The notes under the pieces: model-generated
Database searches by the model: none
What the model was told of the DNA's origin: nothing
What the model saw: only the letters and a program-made list of their open reading frames with translations
Virus record (IMG/VR): IMGVR_UViG_3300033993_002218
Span: 64,001 to 122,581 of that record
Source: a virus
Taxonomy: Duplodnaviria; Heunggongvirae; Uroviricota; Caudoviricetes
Direction: 5' to 3' (one strand)
DNA length: 58,581 bases
Program-made: the position numbers and the translations under genes
Part shown: positions 17,001-27,203 of the stretch, piece by piece
Layout of the letters: the number at the start of each line of letters is the position of its first letter
Position numbering within the stretch: position 1 is the stretch's first letter

Positions 17001-19445
17001 ATATGCTGCAGATCCATTATCACTATCAACGAATGTTGGATAGAATGTTGCATTAGTTGAATTCGTTACTGTTCTGACAGTATCTGAACTTGAAGCGGTT
17101 CCAACAAAAGATCCATTAAAAGTATTGGAATATACATCTTTCCACCTTAATGAAGGACTACCTAAATCATATGCATTATTAACAGAAGGTGTTACATTTC
17201 CTGCAACTTGTAATTTAGAAGTTGGATTTGTGGTTCCAATACCCAGATTTCCAGTGTTATTAGATACTCGTATGAATTCAACATCATTAGATTGAATAGT
17301 AAGAGCACCATTACTTCCTGTAGGATTTCCTACTAAGCTCCACTTTATTCCAGTACTAGAAGATAAATCTAATCTAGTTGTACTGCTAGAAAATCCAGAA
17401 ATTCTTAATGTTGGGGAATTTCCAGAAACCTCCAAATTTGCAACTGGATTTGTGGTTCCAATACCAAGATTACCAGAAACATAAGCACCACTTTGAACTT
17501 GAAGTTGCTGATTTGAAGTTCCTGTTGATGTTAGATAAACATTAATAGGTGCATTTCCAATTATAACTTCACCAACAGTAGTAATTCCAAGATATGTTGA
17601 TCCATTAAGACCAGTCTGCTCATCTTCTCTAAAAATTCTAAACTGATTTTTAATACTACCCGAAATACTTGTATGATTATCAATATTCCAACGACTACTA
17701 GTTCCAGGTTGCCCTCTCAATACTAAGTTACCACCTTCATTGGCACCATCATTAAGTGATTCTATCACACCATATACGGATAATTTTTGTGTTGGATTTG
17801 TGGTTCCAATACCAAGATTACCAGTAGAAGGATTATAAACTAGACCACCACTAGTATAAACTGACTCATAAGCGGCAGGGGAATTATTACTGTCAACGAA
17901 TGTTGGATAATATAAAGCATTATTTGAAATCCCTAAGGTTCTGATGGTGTTTGAACTTGTAGCAGTTCCAACAATAATTCCATTACCATATATGTCGCCA
18001 CCAACGTATAGATTTTTCTCAATACCGACACCACCTTCTACTATAAGGGCTCCGGTATCTTTACTAGTAGAATTTGTAGTATTATTTAAATAAATTGTGT
18101 CATTGATTTGAGTTGTTCCACCCAATGATTGAATAATTAAATTCCCACTGATAGCACTTATTGTATTTGAATCTAATTTAATATTATCAAAAGTTCCTAC
18201 ACCAGTAACATTCAAATTATTGATATTAACTTGAGAAGTATATGTTGAAACTCCAGAAACATTTAAACGATTTAATGTCGTAGATTGATAGACCTGAAGA
18301 TCTCTTGTTGTTGTAAAACCAGTAACTCCAAGATCACTATCAATATTAACTTTCTGTTTAAAGGTTGATATTCCACTTACAAATAAATTAGTAACATCAA
18401 TTGATCCAATAAATTTTGTTGCTGTTACAATTCCCGTAAAAAATGCACTAGTTCCTGTTAAAAATCCAAGTGTAGTAACTCCAGTAACTACAAGATTGCG
18501 CGTAGTGGAAGTTCCAGAAACTGCAAGAGTTGAGGTTGTTGTAATACCAGTTACTGTAAGATTATCAACAAAAGATCCGCCCCTAAAACTAGATATTCCC
18601 AAAACATCTAATGTTGTTTTTGGTGCTGTACTTCCAATACCAATTCTACCATTAACTTCATCATACACAAAATTTGGAGATCCATCAACTAATCCAGAAC
18701 TATTGTGAAACTGAACATTCTGATAGGTTCCGCCCGCACCCGCTCTTATTGTACTTTGATTAACCCAAAGAACACCACCTAAATTATTTTTGATTAAAAC
18801 TTGTGTGTTTGTTCCAGGACTATTCGTATAATCGTAAATGGTTCCTCTTAATCTCAAATCTCCGTTCAAATCTAACTTTTGTGTTGGATTTGAAGTTCCA
18901 ATTCCTACAGATCCAATTCCTGTCGTAGCAATTACAGTGCCACCAAAACCAACATTAATTCTATCTCCTGCAGTTAATAATCCATTAGATGTATCAAATT
19001 TTAACTTTGAAGATGTTGAAAATTCATTCGCGGTGTTGAATAAAATTTCTTGGTCATTTCCTGGAGAAAATACAGTAATAGTAACTCCAACGCCATAAGG
19101 ATTTGATGGACTTCCATTTCCAGATCCCGTTGCGGTTATTGCAGCACCTTTAAATATTAATTGAGTTGTACTACTGGGTCCTCCAACAAGATTAGTAAAA
19201 TTTTCATCATAAACACTAATAGAACCAGGAATTACTCCTCCACCAACAGGTCTCCAAAATCTTTGCCCAGGAAATCCTTCTACAGAAACAATCTGATATT
19301 GTTGCCCAAAAGGTGGAGTATCTCCAGGTGCAATGGGATCTCTTAAGTTTGGTTCTGCATCACCAACTGACAAATATCTGTCTATATCAGTTTTTAATGC
19401 AGATTGTGGTGTTCTTTTAGATCTTCCGCTTAAATACTTAGGCAT
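14094..19445 (-). CDS. Long tail fibre protein with collagen-like segment
   Basis: 1783 aa; repeated [10 protein letters not shown] modules, GPPGPP repeats and a GDIWY motif near the C-terminus. Confidence 0.85.
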   Translation of the reverse strand: MPKYLSGRSKRTPQSALKTDIDRYLSVGDAEPNLRDPIAPGDTPPFGQQYQIVSVEGFPGQRFWRPVGGGVIPGSISVYDENFTNLVGGPSSTTQLIFKGAAITATGSGNGSPSNPYGVGVTITVFSPGNDQEILFNTANEFSTSSKLKFDTSNGLLTAGDRINVGFGGTVIATTGIGSVGIGTSNPTQKLDLNGDLRLRGTIYDYTNSPGTNTQVLIKNNLGGVLWVNQSTIRAGAGGTYQNVQFHNSSGLVDGSPNFVYDEVNGRIGIGSTAPKTTLDVLGISSFRGGSFVDNLTVTGITTTSTLAVSGTSTTRNLVVTGVTTLGFLTGTSAFFTGIVTATKFIGSIDVTNLFVSGISTFKQKVNIDSDLGVTGFTTTRDLQVYQSTTLNRLNVSGVSTYTSQVNINNLNVTGVGTFDNIKLDSNTISAISGNLIIQSLGGTTQINDTIYLNNTTNSTSKDTGALIVEGGVGIEKNLYVGGDIYGNGIIVGTATSSNTIRTLGISNNALYYPTFVDSNNSPAAYESVYTSGGLVYNPSTGNLGIGTTNPTQKLSVYGVIESLNDGANEGGNLVLRGQPGTSSRWNIDNHTSISGSIKNQFRIFREDEQTGLNGSTYLGITTVGEVIIGNAPINVYLTSTGTSNQQLQVQSGAYVSGNLGIGTTNPVANLEVSGNSPTLRISGFSSSTTRLDLSSSTGIKWSLVGNPTGSNGALTIQSNDVEFIRVSNNTGNLGIGTTNPTSKLQVAGNVTPSVNNAYDLGSPSLRWKDVYSNTFNGSFVGTASSSDTVRTVTNSTNATFYPTFVDSDNGSAAYESVYTDAGISYNPSANLLSLGNLLVTGISTFTNYIDANGGAYIDNIQIGITGDNEIDTTTGNLTIDSAGGTTTIDDRLVVTDIATFNSNVILGDASADTITFNGRVGSGITPATNGVTDLGSPSLRWKDVYSNTFNGQFIGNADTATKLANARNIAITGDLSWNVNFDGSTNVTAAGILTTTGVTAGTYGSSTQVGIVTVDSKGRITAASNIDINFGAATVAQSDKATILSPRTTSPYTTIDTQGSYIHWNRANGDGATWLINQRGAGAGGFYFADSTLSASNVNGGTVGLTTTLRVDAIGNVTPTGDFIGRLTNTMLTGTNTTELIRGQMANNDYFRILVGGTADDVGYVELATSDNGNEPIYVRQYTGVFSTLQRTASLLDGSGDTRFPGTVYAAAFNGPFTSNLNVTGIATFENTVRFKADIELDATKIMYFGREESFGGTDTGGGDYGYITWDNDNNTYAITPSSTENGCLRIGTQNDGEGLNSDNMALEPASSLYLNPGGDLYKGNASNRLSIWYGSGTSGNISDNSVTLSESLRSNVNINGGGNITVNASGFVKWDTRFIVISNGRGNNFSTEGHFNISCPLSGTITGVGGAANATATTDGIPLSNWQALYYILPLGSGNVSLADNFRISDFTSNVDIPYNWVLICVRNGDDGKYYFPNRGTLSAGTSAVPGTIGGITIRDEGNLQGTAGAINTINFIGDGVTATASGNEATLTFVQQTGPPGPPGPSVTGPPGPPGDPSSVAGPPGPPGDPSSVAGPPGPPGDPSSVPGPPGPPGVTNITVTQTGYSCPPPISASGSTITVASNSNAYGARYIQSTAPLSACEGDIWYDTQITTKLVQVVQSQTQTLVGTTSVNFVSSGFSATITPTNANSKILILLSGGIQNDAVNGGVVTSIFRGGVSIWPGSTLHQFSAGGNNICGLSINYMDSPGTTSPITYTYYHATYNTGTAYLRWGAFQLIEIL
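14655..14826 (-). repeat. Collagen-like tandem repeat, 39-bp unit ([13 protein letters not shown])
   Basis: CACTTGAAGG recurs at 14681, 14720 and 14759. Confidence 0.9.
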
Positions 19446-19447
19446 AA

Positions 19448-20125
19448 TTACGCAATACCAGATACATTAGTTTCAAGAATGCTACAAATAAATTCCATAT
19501 GAAGTGGTCCAACAAGACCTCCACTCATATAAGTATGAGCAATACCAGTAACTCTACCAGAATTAGTTATAAAAGTTTTTGAAGTTCCAACACTACCAAT
19601 AATAGAATCAACTACAAAAGACTGTTGAGGTGATGGAAAAATTGAAGTGGTGATTGCAATATTACTTGGGCAAGTGAAGGCAAGTCCACTCATTGTAACT
19701 TCATCACCAGCAACAAAATTATGAGCACTAAAAGTTGTAACTGTGGTAATTCCAGTATTATTGTCATACTGACAATCAGTTACAGAAATAATACCAGATT
19801 GTGTTCCGGTGAGAACAACTGAATCGGTAATAATTGCACTTTTTTCCAATACCAAACGACCATCAATTAAAATAACTGCATCATTCGGAGGAATTTCTAC
19901 ATTCTTAGCAATTCTTATATTTCTTACATTTCCAGCAGTTCTTTGAGAACTACTTCTTCTTCTATGAGTTAAAGTAACAGTTGGATATGTATTAACTCCA
20001 ACATTCGCAACTTGAGCATATAGTAAAATGGCAGATTGCCCTGTCGGAACAGTATAAACTGTCTGTTCTCCGGGAGCAACAGGAACTGCAATTGTCAAAT
20101 ATTTATTAAGTGGTGCGACTGCCAT
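19448..20125 (-). CDS. Virion structural protein
   Basis: MAVAPLNKY... 225 aa within the structural operon. Confidence 0.6.
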   Translation of the reverse strand: MAVAPLNKYLTIAVPVAPGEQTVYTVPTGQSAILLYAQVANVGVNTYPTVTLTHRRRSSSQRTAGNVRNIRIAKNVEIPPNDAVILIDGRLVLEKSAIITDSVVLTGTQSGIISVTDCQYDNNTGITTVTTFSAHNFVAGDEVTMSGLAFTCPSNIAITTSIFPSPQQSFVVDSIIGSVGTSKTFITNSGRVTGIAHTYMSGGLVGPLHMEFICSILETNVSGIA

Positions 20126-20129
20126 ATTC

Positions 20130-22571
20130 TTATCTTAATGCTAAAATTAATGGTGTAACTTCTGCCTGAATTGCTCTACTGAAATCTCTTCCTCTAATCG
20201 TTCTTGTTGGTTGATTAATTTGAAGACCCTCTCCAATATCAAAATTACCTTTTTGATCGGTACTTGTGAACGGAACTTGTGCCCCATCTAATGCAACAAT
20301 TTCATTTTCTTTTATCGGAACTGCACCCTGAAAGGGTGTTGATGTATTTATACTTGTTCCCGTACCAATATATTCAAACGAATGAGAACTGGTAAGAATT
20401 CTACTGATTCTCTTTAATGAAATTTGTTCATTCCCAAAAAGTTCATATGGAATTCTCTCATTAAATGTTACGGTTGTTAATCCAGATGTTGTTGGACTTG
20501 TCGCAACATCTACAGTATAATAAATTGGTTGAGTAACTACAGTTGCTGCTGCACCACCACTACCATCAATTTCAACTCTCAAATCTTGTGATGGAAGATA
20601 ATTTCTTCCGCTACTTATAACATCAATTCCAATAATTGCTCCAGAATCATCAACTGTTGGACTTAATTCTGCAACAATTCCTTGAGGACCTTTTGGTTCG
20701 CGTGTATTATCATTGTAATCGTAAATATACACATTTGGTGGAGATGCTGCACTATATCCAGATCCACCATTTGTTATCTTAATTTCTTGAACTCTAATCA
20801 TAGGTTCAGTTAATGTTGAAAATGCTGGAACATCTGCATATCTTCCATCTAAATTACTAATTTCAAAAAATAATGCTTGCCCATCATAAGGTCTTCTCAC
20901 GTTACCATAAGCAACATCTCTTACATCCATAAGAGTAACTTTATCACTATCAGCATTTACTCCATTTTCAACTCTTGTAATGACTGGACCAAAATTCTGT
21001 GGAGAAGGATCCACATATCCAGTAAATTCGGTTGCACCCAATCCAACTGCATAAAGACCATAATTACCAAATGATGAGTTTGAGTTTGTAAGGTCACAAG
21101 CACCACCAGTAGCAGCATAAACTCCAATATCGCAGTTAATTGTAAAAATAGAAACTAATTGTGCATATCCATTATTTGTAATTGAAACTCCTATACCATT
21201 TTCATTATATTGAGTAAATGAATCACAAACCATACATTTAAGATCATTTCCAATATTATTTTCAGGATCTGAAACACTTGCATGATTTCCATCAATTTTC
21301 ATACCAATACTTTTAGTCATAAAATTGGTACAGTTTCTCACATATGGACTTCTCCATCTCCCAGATGGACCCTCTAGTGCTGGTCCTGCTGAAATATATC
21401 CAGTATTTGCATAATTTGTTGGATTTGTTGGAGGAAACGCAACTGCACCACAACCAGTATGAGCAACTCCAATACTTGAACCAGCAAAGTTTAAGTTTTC
21501 AATTAAGCAACCTCTTCTTACATGAAAAACATCCTTTGTTGGATTATTTGGTATAATTGTAACAAGTCTCAAATCTTGCCCAGAGACAGTTACATCAGTA
21601 CGAAGACCGATTGGATTGTTTTCATAATAAACACCAGGACGAACATAAATTGTATCCCCATCTTGTGCTATTGATGCGGCGGCACCCACAGTTGCTTTTG
21701 CATCACCTTCAAGCAATCCGCTGTTCGTATCATCACCATCTTTTGTAACATAAATGATGTTTTGAGTTTGAACGCCAGGAGGTCTCCAAGAAACTCCTGT
21801 TCCAACAGACGATAAGCGATAATCAAATTTTCCAGTTGCTGTACTATTATTAATATCAATTAGAGAAGAATTAAGTTCTACGGTATCATTAAGAGTCGTA
21901 GCACCATCAACATCTAAAGTATCATTAAGAGTCGTAGCACCATCAACATCTAGAGTAGCATTAAGAGTTGTATCGCCATCAACATCTAGAGTAGCATTAA
22001 GAGTTGTATCGCCATCAACATCTAAAGTATCATTAAGAGTCGTAGCACCATCAACATCTAGAGTAGCATTAAGAGTTGTATCGCCATCAACATCTAGAGT
22101 AGCATTAAGAGTCGTAGCACCATCAACATCTAAAGTATCATTAAGAGTCGTAGCACCATCAACATCTAAAGTTGCATCAAATTCAACTCTTTGCGTAGCA
22201 TGAAGATCTCCAGTAATATCTAATTTATACGCTGGATTTGTCAATCCAAGACCAGTCAATCCGACAGGTGTAACAACTAAATCTTGTCCAGTAAGACCTA
22301 CTTGAAATCTATTGAATAGATTTGTAGTTCCAATACCGACATTAGTGAGTCTATAAATTGGAGCAGATGATCCAAATCCAACATATCCCCATAAATCTTG
22401 TGTTTGAATATCTGCAATCCAGTTTGGATTACTTGGATTAACGACAGGAATTAAAGTATCCGTTCCTACGCCAAGACTATTGATTTGTTTAAAATTTAAA
22501 GCAGCAAACGCTTGTGCTAAGTCATCTGTTGGAATAAATACTCCCTGATCTTGAACGTAAAATCTTGTCAT
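20130..22571 (-). CDS. Virion structural protein with 12-aa repeats and a beta-helix-like domain
   Basis: YVTKDGDDTNSG...GDTIYVRPGVY motif; RWRSPYVRNCT; late promoter TATAAATA at 22592-22599. Confidence 0.7.
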   Translation of the reverse strand: MTRFYVQDQGVFIPTDDLAQAFAALNFKQINSLGVGTDTLIPVVNPSNPNWIADIQTQDLWGYVGFGSSAPIYRLTNVGIGTTNLFNRFQVGLTGQDLVVTPVGLTGLGLTNPAYKLDITGDLHATQRVEFDATLDVDGATTLNDTLDVDGATTLNATLDVDGDTTLNATLDVDGATTLNDTLDVDGDTTLNATLDVDGDTTLNATLDVDGATTLNDTLDVDGATTLNDTVELNSSLIDINNSTATGKFDYRLSSVGTGVSWRPPGVQTQNIIYVTKDGDDTNSGLLEGDAKATVGAAASIAQDGDTIYVRPGVYYENNPIGLRTDVTVSGQDLRLVTIIPNNPTKDVFHVRRGCLIENLNFAGSSIGVAHTGCGAVAFPPTNPTNYANTGYISAGPALEGPSGRWRSPYVRNCTNFMTKSIGMKIDGNHASVSDPENNIGNDLKCMVCDSFTQYNENGIGVSITNNGYAQLVSIFTINCDIGVYAATGGACDLTNSNSSFGNYGLYAVGLGATEFTGYVDPSPQNFGPVITRVENGVNADSDKVTLMDVRDVAYGNVRRPYDGQALFFEISNLDGRYADVPAFSTLTEPMIRVQEIKITNGGSGYSAASPPNVYIYDYNDNTREPKGPQGIVAELSPTVDDSGAIIGIDVISSGRNYLPSQDLRVEIDGSGGAAATVVTQPIYYTVDVATSPTTSGLTTVTFNERIPYELFGNEQISLKRISRILTSSHSFEYIGTGTSINTSTPFQGAVPIKENEIVALDGAQVPFTSTDQKGNFDIGEGLQINQPTRTIRGRDFSRAIQAEVTPLILALR
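21882..22169 (-). repeat. 8 x 36-bp coding tandem repeat, LDVDG(A/D)TTLN(D/A)T
   Basis: Counted directly from the translation and sequence. Confidence 0.92.
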
Positions 22572-22591
22572 TCTACTTCTTTATAATGAAA

Positions 22592-22599
22592 TATTTATA
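22592..22599 (-). promoter_or_regulatory. T4-type late promoter TATAAATA
   Basis: Exact consensus 20 nt upstream of the 22571 start. Confidence 0.7.
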
Positions 22600-23280
22600 T
22601 TATGATGGGTAAAGAGGGACTCCTTCATCGAGAACAAAAATTCCATCTGTGGATATTCCAGGAACTCCAGGAATAGCCTCCGCGATTAGAGGTATCCATC
22701 TAACTCCAGTATCATCTCTAACCAAATAATATCCATTTCTTCCTGGAGCATTCGCAGAATCATAGATTGTCTCATCTATTTTTACGCTTCCCGCAATATC
22801 TAATCTCTGTTGTGGTTGAGTGCTTCCAATTCCAACTCTTTCACTAACAATTGTTGTTCCAATAACATCAAGTCTTTCTCTAGGAGTTGTTGTTCCAATT
22901 CCAACACGACTAGTTGATGCATCAGCTCTTAATGTTGTTCCACCACAACCAACATCTAGTCTTTTTCTTGCAGTAACAATTCCAGCATTTAAATTTTTAT
23001 CAATATATACATCACCATAAAAATCAGAATCTTCTAGAACATTTATTTTTTTAAATGTTATTTTTTTCGATAAAAAATTAGCGTTATTAAACTTTAATTC
23101 ACCATGAATTCTAACATTTTTATAAAAAACTACAGTTTCATTAAAATGTGATTCTAATCCATAAAACTTACTATTCTCTGAGGGTTCTTCATAAAAAGAT
23201 TGATTTTGTTCTTCTATACTACTTTCAATTTCTTCTTCAATAATCTTTCTTGGTTTTTCGCAATTATTTTGATCTGCCAT
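22600..23280 (-). CDS. Tail/baseplate-associated protein
   Basis: Repeated RVGIGTTTP..RLD modules; lies downstream of gp5. Confidence 0.6.
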   Translation of the reverse strand: MADQNNCEKPRKIIEEEIESSIEEQNQSFYEEPSENSKFYGLESHFNETVVFYKNVRIHGELKFNNANFLSKKITFKKINVLEDSDFYGDVYIDKNLNAGIVTARKRLDVGCGGTTLRADASTSRVGIGTTTPRERLDVIGTTIVSERVGIGSTQPQQRLDIAGSVKIDETIYDSANAPGRNGYYLVRDDTGVRWIPLIAEAIPGVPGISTDGIFVLDEGVPLYPS

Positions 23281-23281
23281 A

Positions 23282-23857
23282 CTATATTACCGAGTCAATT
23301 ACAGTATCTATAACCTTACTAACAATTCCACTAACTGCACCATTAATAAAATCAACTCCAACAAAACTACCCTCAAAAACTCTACTTGTAAAATCTATAT
23401 TTAATAAGGATGGAATGTTTCCACTAGTTCCTTTTAAATCAACTCTTTGACCCTTAACCATGACTCGACCATCACCACCCATCATTGTAATATTTCTTCC
23501 TGCTTTAAAATGAATGTCCTCTTCAGCCTCAATCATAATGTTCGTTGCATATAAGCGAATCATTCCATTTGCAGAAATAGAAACATTACCATTGTTTCCA
23601 ATAATAACTATATCTTCTCTTCCTTCCTGATTTTTAGTGCCACCAGAAATTTGAATTGTGTGGTCGTTATAAATCGAAAACAATCCGCTACTACTTAAAC
23701 TAATCGAAGACTGATTATCGCCACTATCAGTTACTCCATAAATTTTATAAACATCGGTTCCAGATCCCCCCATTTGGGGATTGGCAGTATCAATTCTAAA
23801 ATTAGGGTTGAAACTGATTAGTTGTCTTTTAAATATATTTTTATTTCTTTCTGTCAT
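23282..23857 (-). CDS. gp5 C-terminal-like (beta-helix spike) protein
   Basis: I.LYATNIMIEAEEDIHFKAGRNITM repeats; follows gp5. Confidence 0.55.
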   Translation of the reverse strand: MTERNKNIFKRQLISFNPNFRIDTANPQMGGSGTDVYKIYGVTDSGDNQSSISLSSSGLFSIYNDHTIQISGGTKNQEGREDIVIIGNNGNVSISANGMIRLYATNIMIEAEEDIHFKAGRNITMMGGDGRVMVKGQRVDLKGTSGNIPSLLNIDFTSRVFEGSFVGVDFINGAVSGIVSKVIDTVIDSVI

Positions 23858-23858
23858 T

Positions 23859-25859
23859 TTATATTGGACAATCTATGGATGTTTGAACTTGTTGTGTGAA
23901 TAGATTTGTAGAATTTGAATTTGCATCTGGAGAAGCAGGAACATTTCCAGAACCTTTTAGAGCACCAATTACGGGGCGTAAAATTGCACCAAATCCTTCA
24001 TCAGATTCAATACTGAGAGTAGGCAAACTATCAACAATATTATTTAGAGGTGTGACTTGATAGATTCTTCCATCAATAATTTGATAATTATATTCGTTTC
24101 CAAGATTATCAGTTATAACAGTTGTTAAATCATCATACCCACTTCCACCATTCTCAACCAACACTTTCAAGACAGAGAATTCTGCAATATCTCCAACTGA
24201 ATAATTTTCACCCTCAGAAACCATATAGACAGATTCAATTTCATTATTCTGATTGATAATCGCCCTTGCTACAGCACCATATCCCTGTTCATTATCATCT
24301 ACAATTTCAATAAATGGTGGGAAAGCATATCCAGATCCTGGATTTGTTAATTGCACTCCAATTACACTTGCTGTTATATTTCCATCTGGATTTGTTACAA
24401 GATTGCCAAAAATTGGAATTGCTGTTGCACCAGATCCTCTTCCACCAAAAATATTAATAATTGGTGGACTTGCAAACTCCAAAGCTTTAGTAAAACATTC
24501 CTGCACAGAAGTAATATCTACACCAGAACTAATAATATTTGTTATGTCACGAACATTAGTATAAGTGTCAACCAGAGAATTTGTTAGTGCCGAAACAGAT
24601 CCAGAAGGTCCAACACCTACCGTCCATTCATTTACAAGACCTTTGTAATTATCTAAACTCTGATCACATCCAAATCCTGCTCCCATTTCTGACAGCATCC
24701 CAATTCCTTCGCGGAGTATATTACCAAGATTAAAATCGGAAAAGAATTGAAGAAGATTTGCCACTCCTGCTAAAGGTTTTTCGAATAAAGGTTCCACAAC
24801 ACCAATAATTGTATTGAGAAGTGTACCAGCAAATTGATCTGCAACACAACTTACAAAACGATCTACTTCCTCTATTGCCGTATTTAAAATACCAAAAACT
24901 AAACCCTTCATCTTTTCAATTACTTTGCCAGCAATGCATGAAAATTCCTCTTCAAGTGCTTTTACAGGTATTAGCATTGCCTGTTGTGCAGCAACACCAG
25001 CAGCATGTGCTGCAACAGGAGATCCTGTTGCAGCAAGAACTAGTGCAAAAATTAATTTATAAAGTAACTTTAACCCTTCATTTAAAAGTTTTATTAACTG
25101 TTTAATTAGAAAATCAAACATACCACCAATCAAATCATTACATAAAGTTACAATTTTATCTGCTGCTTGACGAATTGTTTGTCCTATAGCCGCAATATTT
25201 CCCTGAAGAGTTTTTAATTTTCTTAAAAGATTTTTGACAATTGATCTTATCTTATCAATTCTTGTATTTTTAACAGTATTTGCTAATGGAACCTGATATC
25301 CAATTGCAGAATTTTCAGAAAAAACTTGATACCCAACTTTTTGAGATATTGCATCTGCCTGTGCTGTAGTAACACTTGGCGGCGATGGATTTGAATTATC
25401 CTTTACTTCATTAGATTCTATTGATGAAGTTAATTTACTATTTTTTTTCACCGGATCAGAGAATCCTGTAAATCCTTCAAATGGAGATCTATAATTTAAT
25501 GATGGGACTGAATCAGTTCTACCGAAGGTTGCTAAAATTACAGGAATTTGAGCATTATCACCATCTAAGAAAAATCCGAGAACTACATCACCTTGTTGTA
25601 ATTGAACACCAGTAACAACATTTGCTGCTCCACTTCCTGCTGTGGTTGGAATCAAACACTGTGCCCAAGGAAGATCTTCATTTGGCAATTCTTCTTCACT
25701 ATAAGGATGATATCCAATAATTCTAACCTTAAAGCGATTTCCCCAACCACCTCCAGATATTTGTTTTCCCATAGAAGAAAGTGGAGGAATCTGACCGATC
25801 CACCAACGAAATCCATCTCTACCGATAAAATGACTCTGAAGTAATGATTGATCTAACAT
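23859..25859 (-). CDS. gp5: Baseplate hub subunit gp5 (N-terminal OB domain)
   Basis: GRDGFRWWIGQI...RFKVRIIGYHP...LPWA...GDVVLGFFLDGDNAQIPVI. Confidence 0.85.
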   Translation of the reverse strand: MLDQSLLQSHFIGRDGFRWWIGQIPPLSSMGKQISGGGWGNRFKVRIIGYHPYSEEELPNEDLPWAQCLIPTTAGSGAANVVTGVQLQQGDVVLGFFLDGDNAQIPVILATFGRTDSVPSLNYRSPFEGFTGFSDPVKKNSKLTSSIESNEVKDNSNPSPPSVTTAQADAISQKVGYQVFSENSAIGYQVPLANTVKNTRIDKIRSIVKNLLRKLKTLQGNIAAIGQTIRQAADKIVTLCNDLIGGMFDFLIKQLIKLLNEGLKLLYKLIFALVLAATGSPVAAHAAGVAAQQAMLIPVKALEEEFSCIAGKVIEKMKGLVFGILNTAIEEVDRFVSCVADQFAGTLLNTIIGVVEPLFEKPLAGVANLLQFFSDFNLGNILREGIGMLSEMGAGFGCDQSLDNYKGLVNEWTVGVGPSGSVSALTNSLVDTYTNVRDITNIISSGVDITSVQECFTKALEFASPPIINIFGGRGSGATAIPIFGNLVTNPDGNITASVIGVQLTNPGSGYAFPPFIEIVDDNEQGYGAVARAIINQNNEIESVYMVSEGENYSVGDIAEFSVLKVLVENGGSGYDDLTTVITDNLGNEYNYQIIDGRIYQVTPLNNIVDSLPTLSIESDEGFGAILRPVIGALKGSGNVPASPDANSNSTNLFTQQVQTSIDCPI

Positions 25860-27203
25860 TTATGTTTTTCTTGCCTCTACATTGACGCCAAAAGTATCAC
25901 GGATGAGTTTCATAGAAGTATATGAATTTTCAACATCAAAGTGATGACATACTTCTTTAATCATATATAGTCCACTTTGTTCCTTATCAAATTCTTTGGC
26001 ATTTGAATTTGTAATTTTTGGAAAATTACACTCAATAATATCTCCCGCCTTTAAATTAGTATTTGATGGAACCACAATATTCACAGACTGGGTAAACATA
26101 GTATTATATCTCATAAGAGATTGAGCTTGGTGCAAAGAAGGATCCGAATTTGCACTAGTAGATGCATCCTTTTCCATTGTTCCAATATCAAGAACAGCAG
26201 TTATAATTCTTGTGGGAACATCACCTAATGTTTTATCAGATCCTGGAGATAATGGTGGGAGTTTAAGACGATCACCAAGATTTTTTGCCTTATCTACATA
26301 ATCACTTTGCTTAAATATTCCTTCTTCAGGTTTTGAAAAAGAAAAATTTAGTGGATTGAAAAACATTCTATGACTTGCATAAGTTCCTAAACGAAGTTTT
26401 TCAATTAAGTTTTGATTTTTATCAGTGTAATAATTTAGAATCTTAAAATCATTATTAACTTTTTTCTCATCTCCATCATAAGATTCTTGCGCTTCAGTAT
26501 AAGTATAAATTGCTTTGGGTTTTTGTAATAATAAATCATCAAGAGATCTAAACTGAAATCCATCTTGCGTTTGATAGAATAAAAATCCAGCAGTAGCATT
26601 TCCCGAACTTTCTGGAACTGCTTTTGATGCTAACCAAACTAATACTGTGAATGGTTTTCTTAAGTTACCAATAAAACCATACTTATTTGAAGATTTATCT
26701 ATGGTTCCAATTTTAGTTGTCTTTAAATAATCTTTTAAGATATTTTGAACTGAATCACTTATTCTAAGAGATGTTGGAAATTTTTTAGATACTCTTGATG
26801 TTTCATTGGTAATTGCTTCTCTTGATGTTAAATGTAATGTAAAAGTTTCTCTATTAGTTTCGGAAATAACATCAGTAATACTAGAAACATAAAAATAATC
26901 TTCTGATCTTTTTGAAAAGTCAAGACCAGGATTTGTTGAAGAATTTCCTGCAATTTTTAAAGAAAGTCGTTCACCACCTCTCAACGGCAATCCATTGTAA
27001 ATTGATTGACGATCTCCATCTGGATTATCTGCTGGAGCAATTACATTACCATTATCAATTATTTTAATTTTTGCAGTAATTGTTGGGGAAAAAATATCTT
27101 CATAATATTCAAAAAGAATTGCACCTCCTATCAGATCAATCGTTCTAGATCCATCATTTGATTCTAAAATAAGTTCATTGTATAAAGACTTTTTAATTGA
27201 CAT
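25860..27203 (-). CDS. Baseplate hub / tail protein
   Basis: Synteny between the hub genes and gp5; ends SGLYMIKEVCHHF...S.KLIRD. Confidence 0.65.
   Translation of the reverse strand: MSIKKSLYNELILESNDGSRTIDLIGGAILFEYYEDIFSPTITAKIKIIDNGNVIAPADNPDGDRQSIYNGLPLRGGERLSLKIAGNSSTNPGLDFSKRSEDYFYVSSITDVISETNRETFTLHLTSREAITNETSRVSKKFPTSLRISDSVQNILKDYLKTTKIGTIDKSSNKYGFIGNLRKPFTVLVWLASKAVPESSGNATAGFLFYQTQDGFQFRSLDDLLLQKPKAIYTYTEAQESYDGDEKKVNNDFKILNYYTDKNQNLIEKLRLGTYASHRMFFNPLNFSFSKPEEGIFKQSDYVDKAKNLGDRLKLPPLSPGSDKTLGDVPTRIITAVLDIGTMEKDASTSANSDPSLHQAQSLMRYNTMFTQSVNIVVPSNTNLKAGDIIECNFPKITNSNAKEFDKEQSGLYMIKEVCHHFDVENSYTSMKLIRDTFGVNVEARKT

Noticed and set aside
21882-22169. 36-bp repeat array (and the 39- and 42-bp arrays) as a possible CRISPR
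   Set aside because: The units are contiguous with no unique spacers, are in-frame multiples of 3 and encode peptide repeats.
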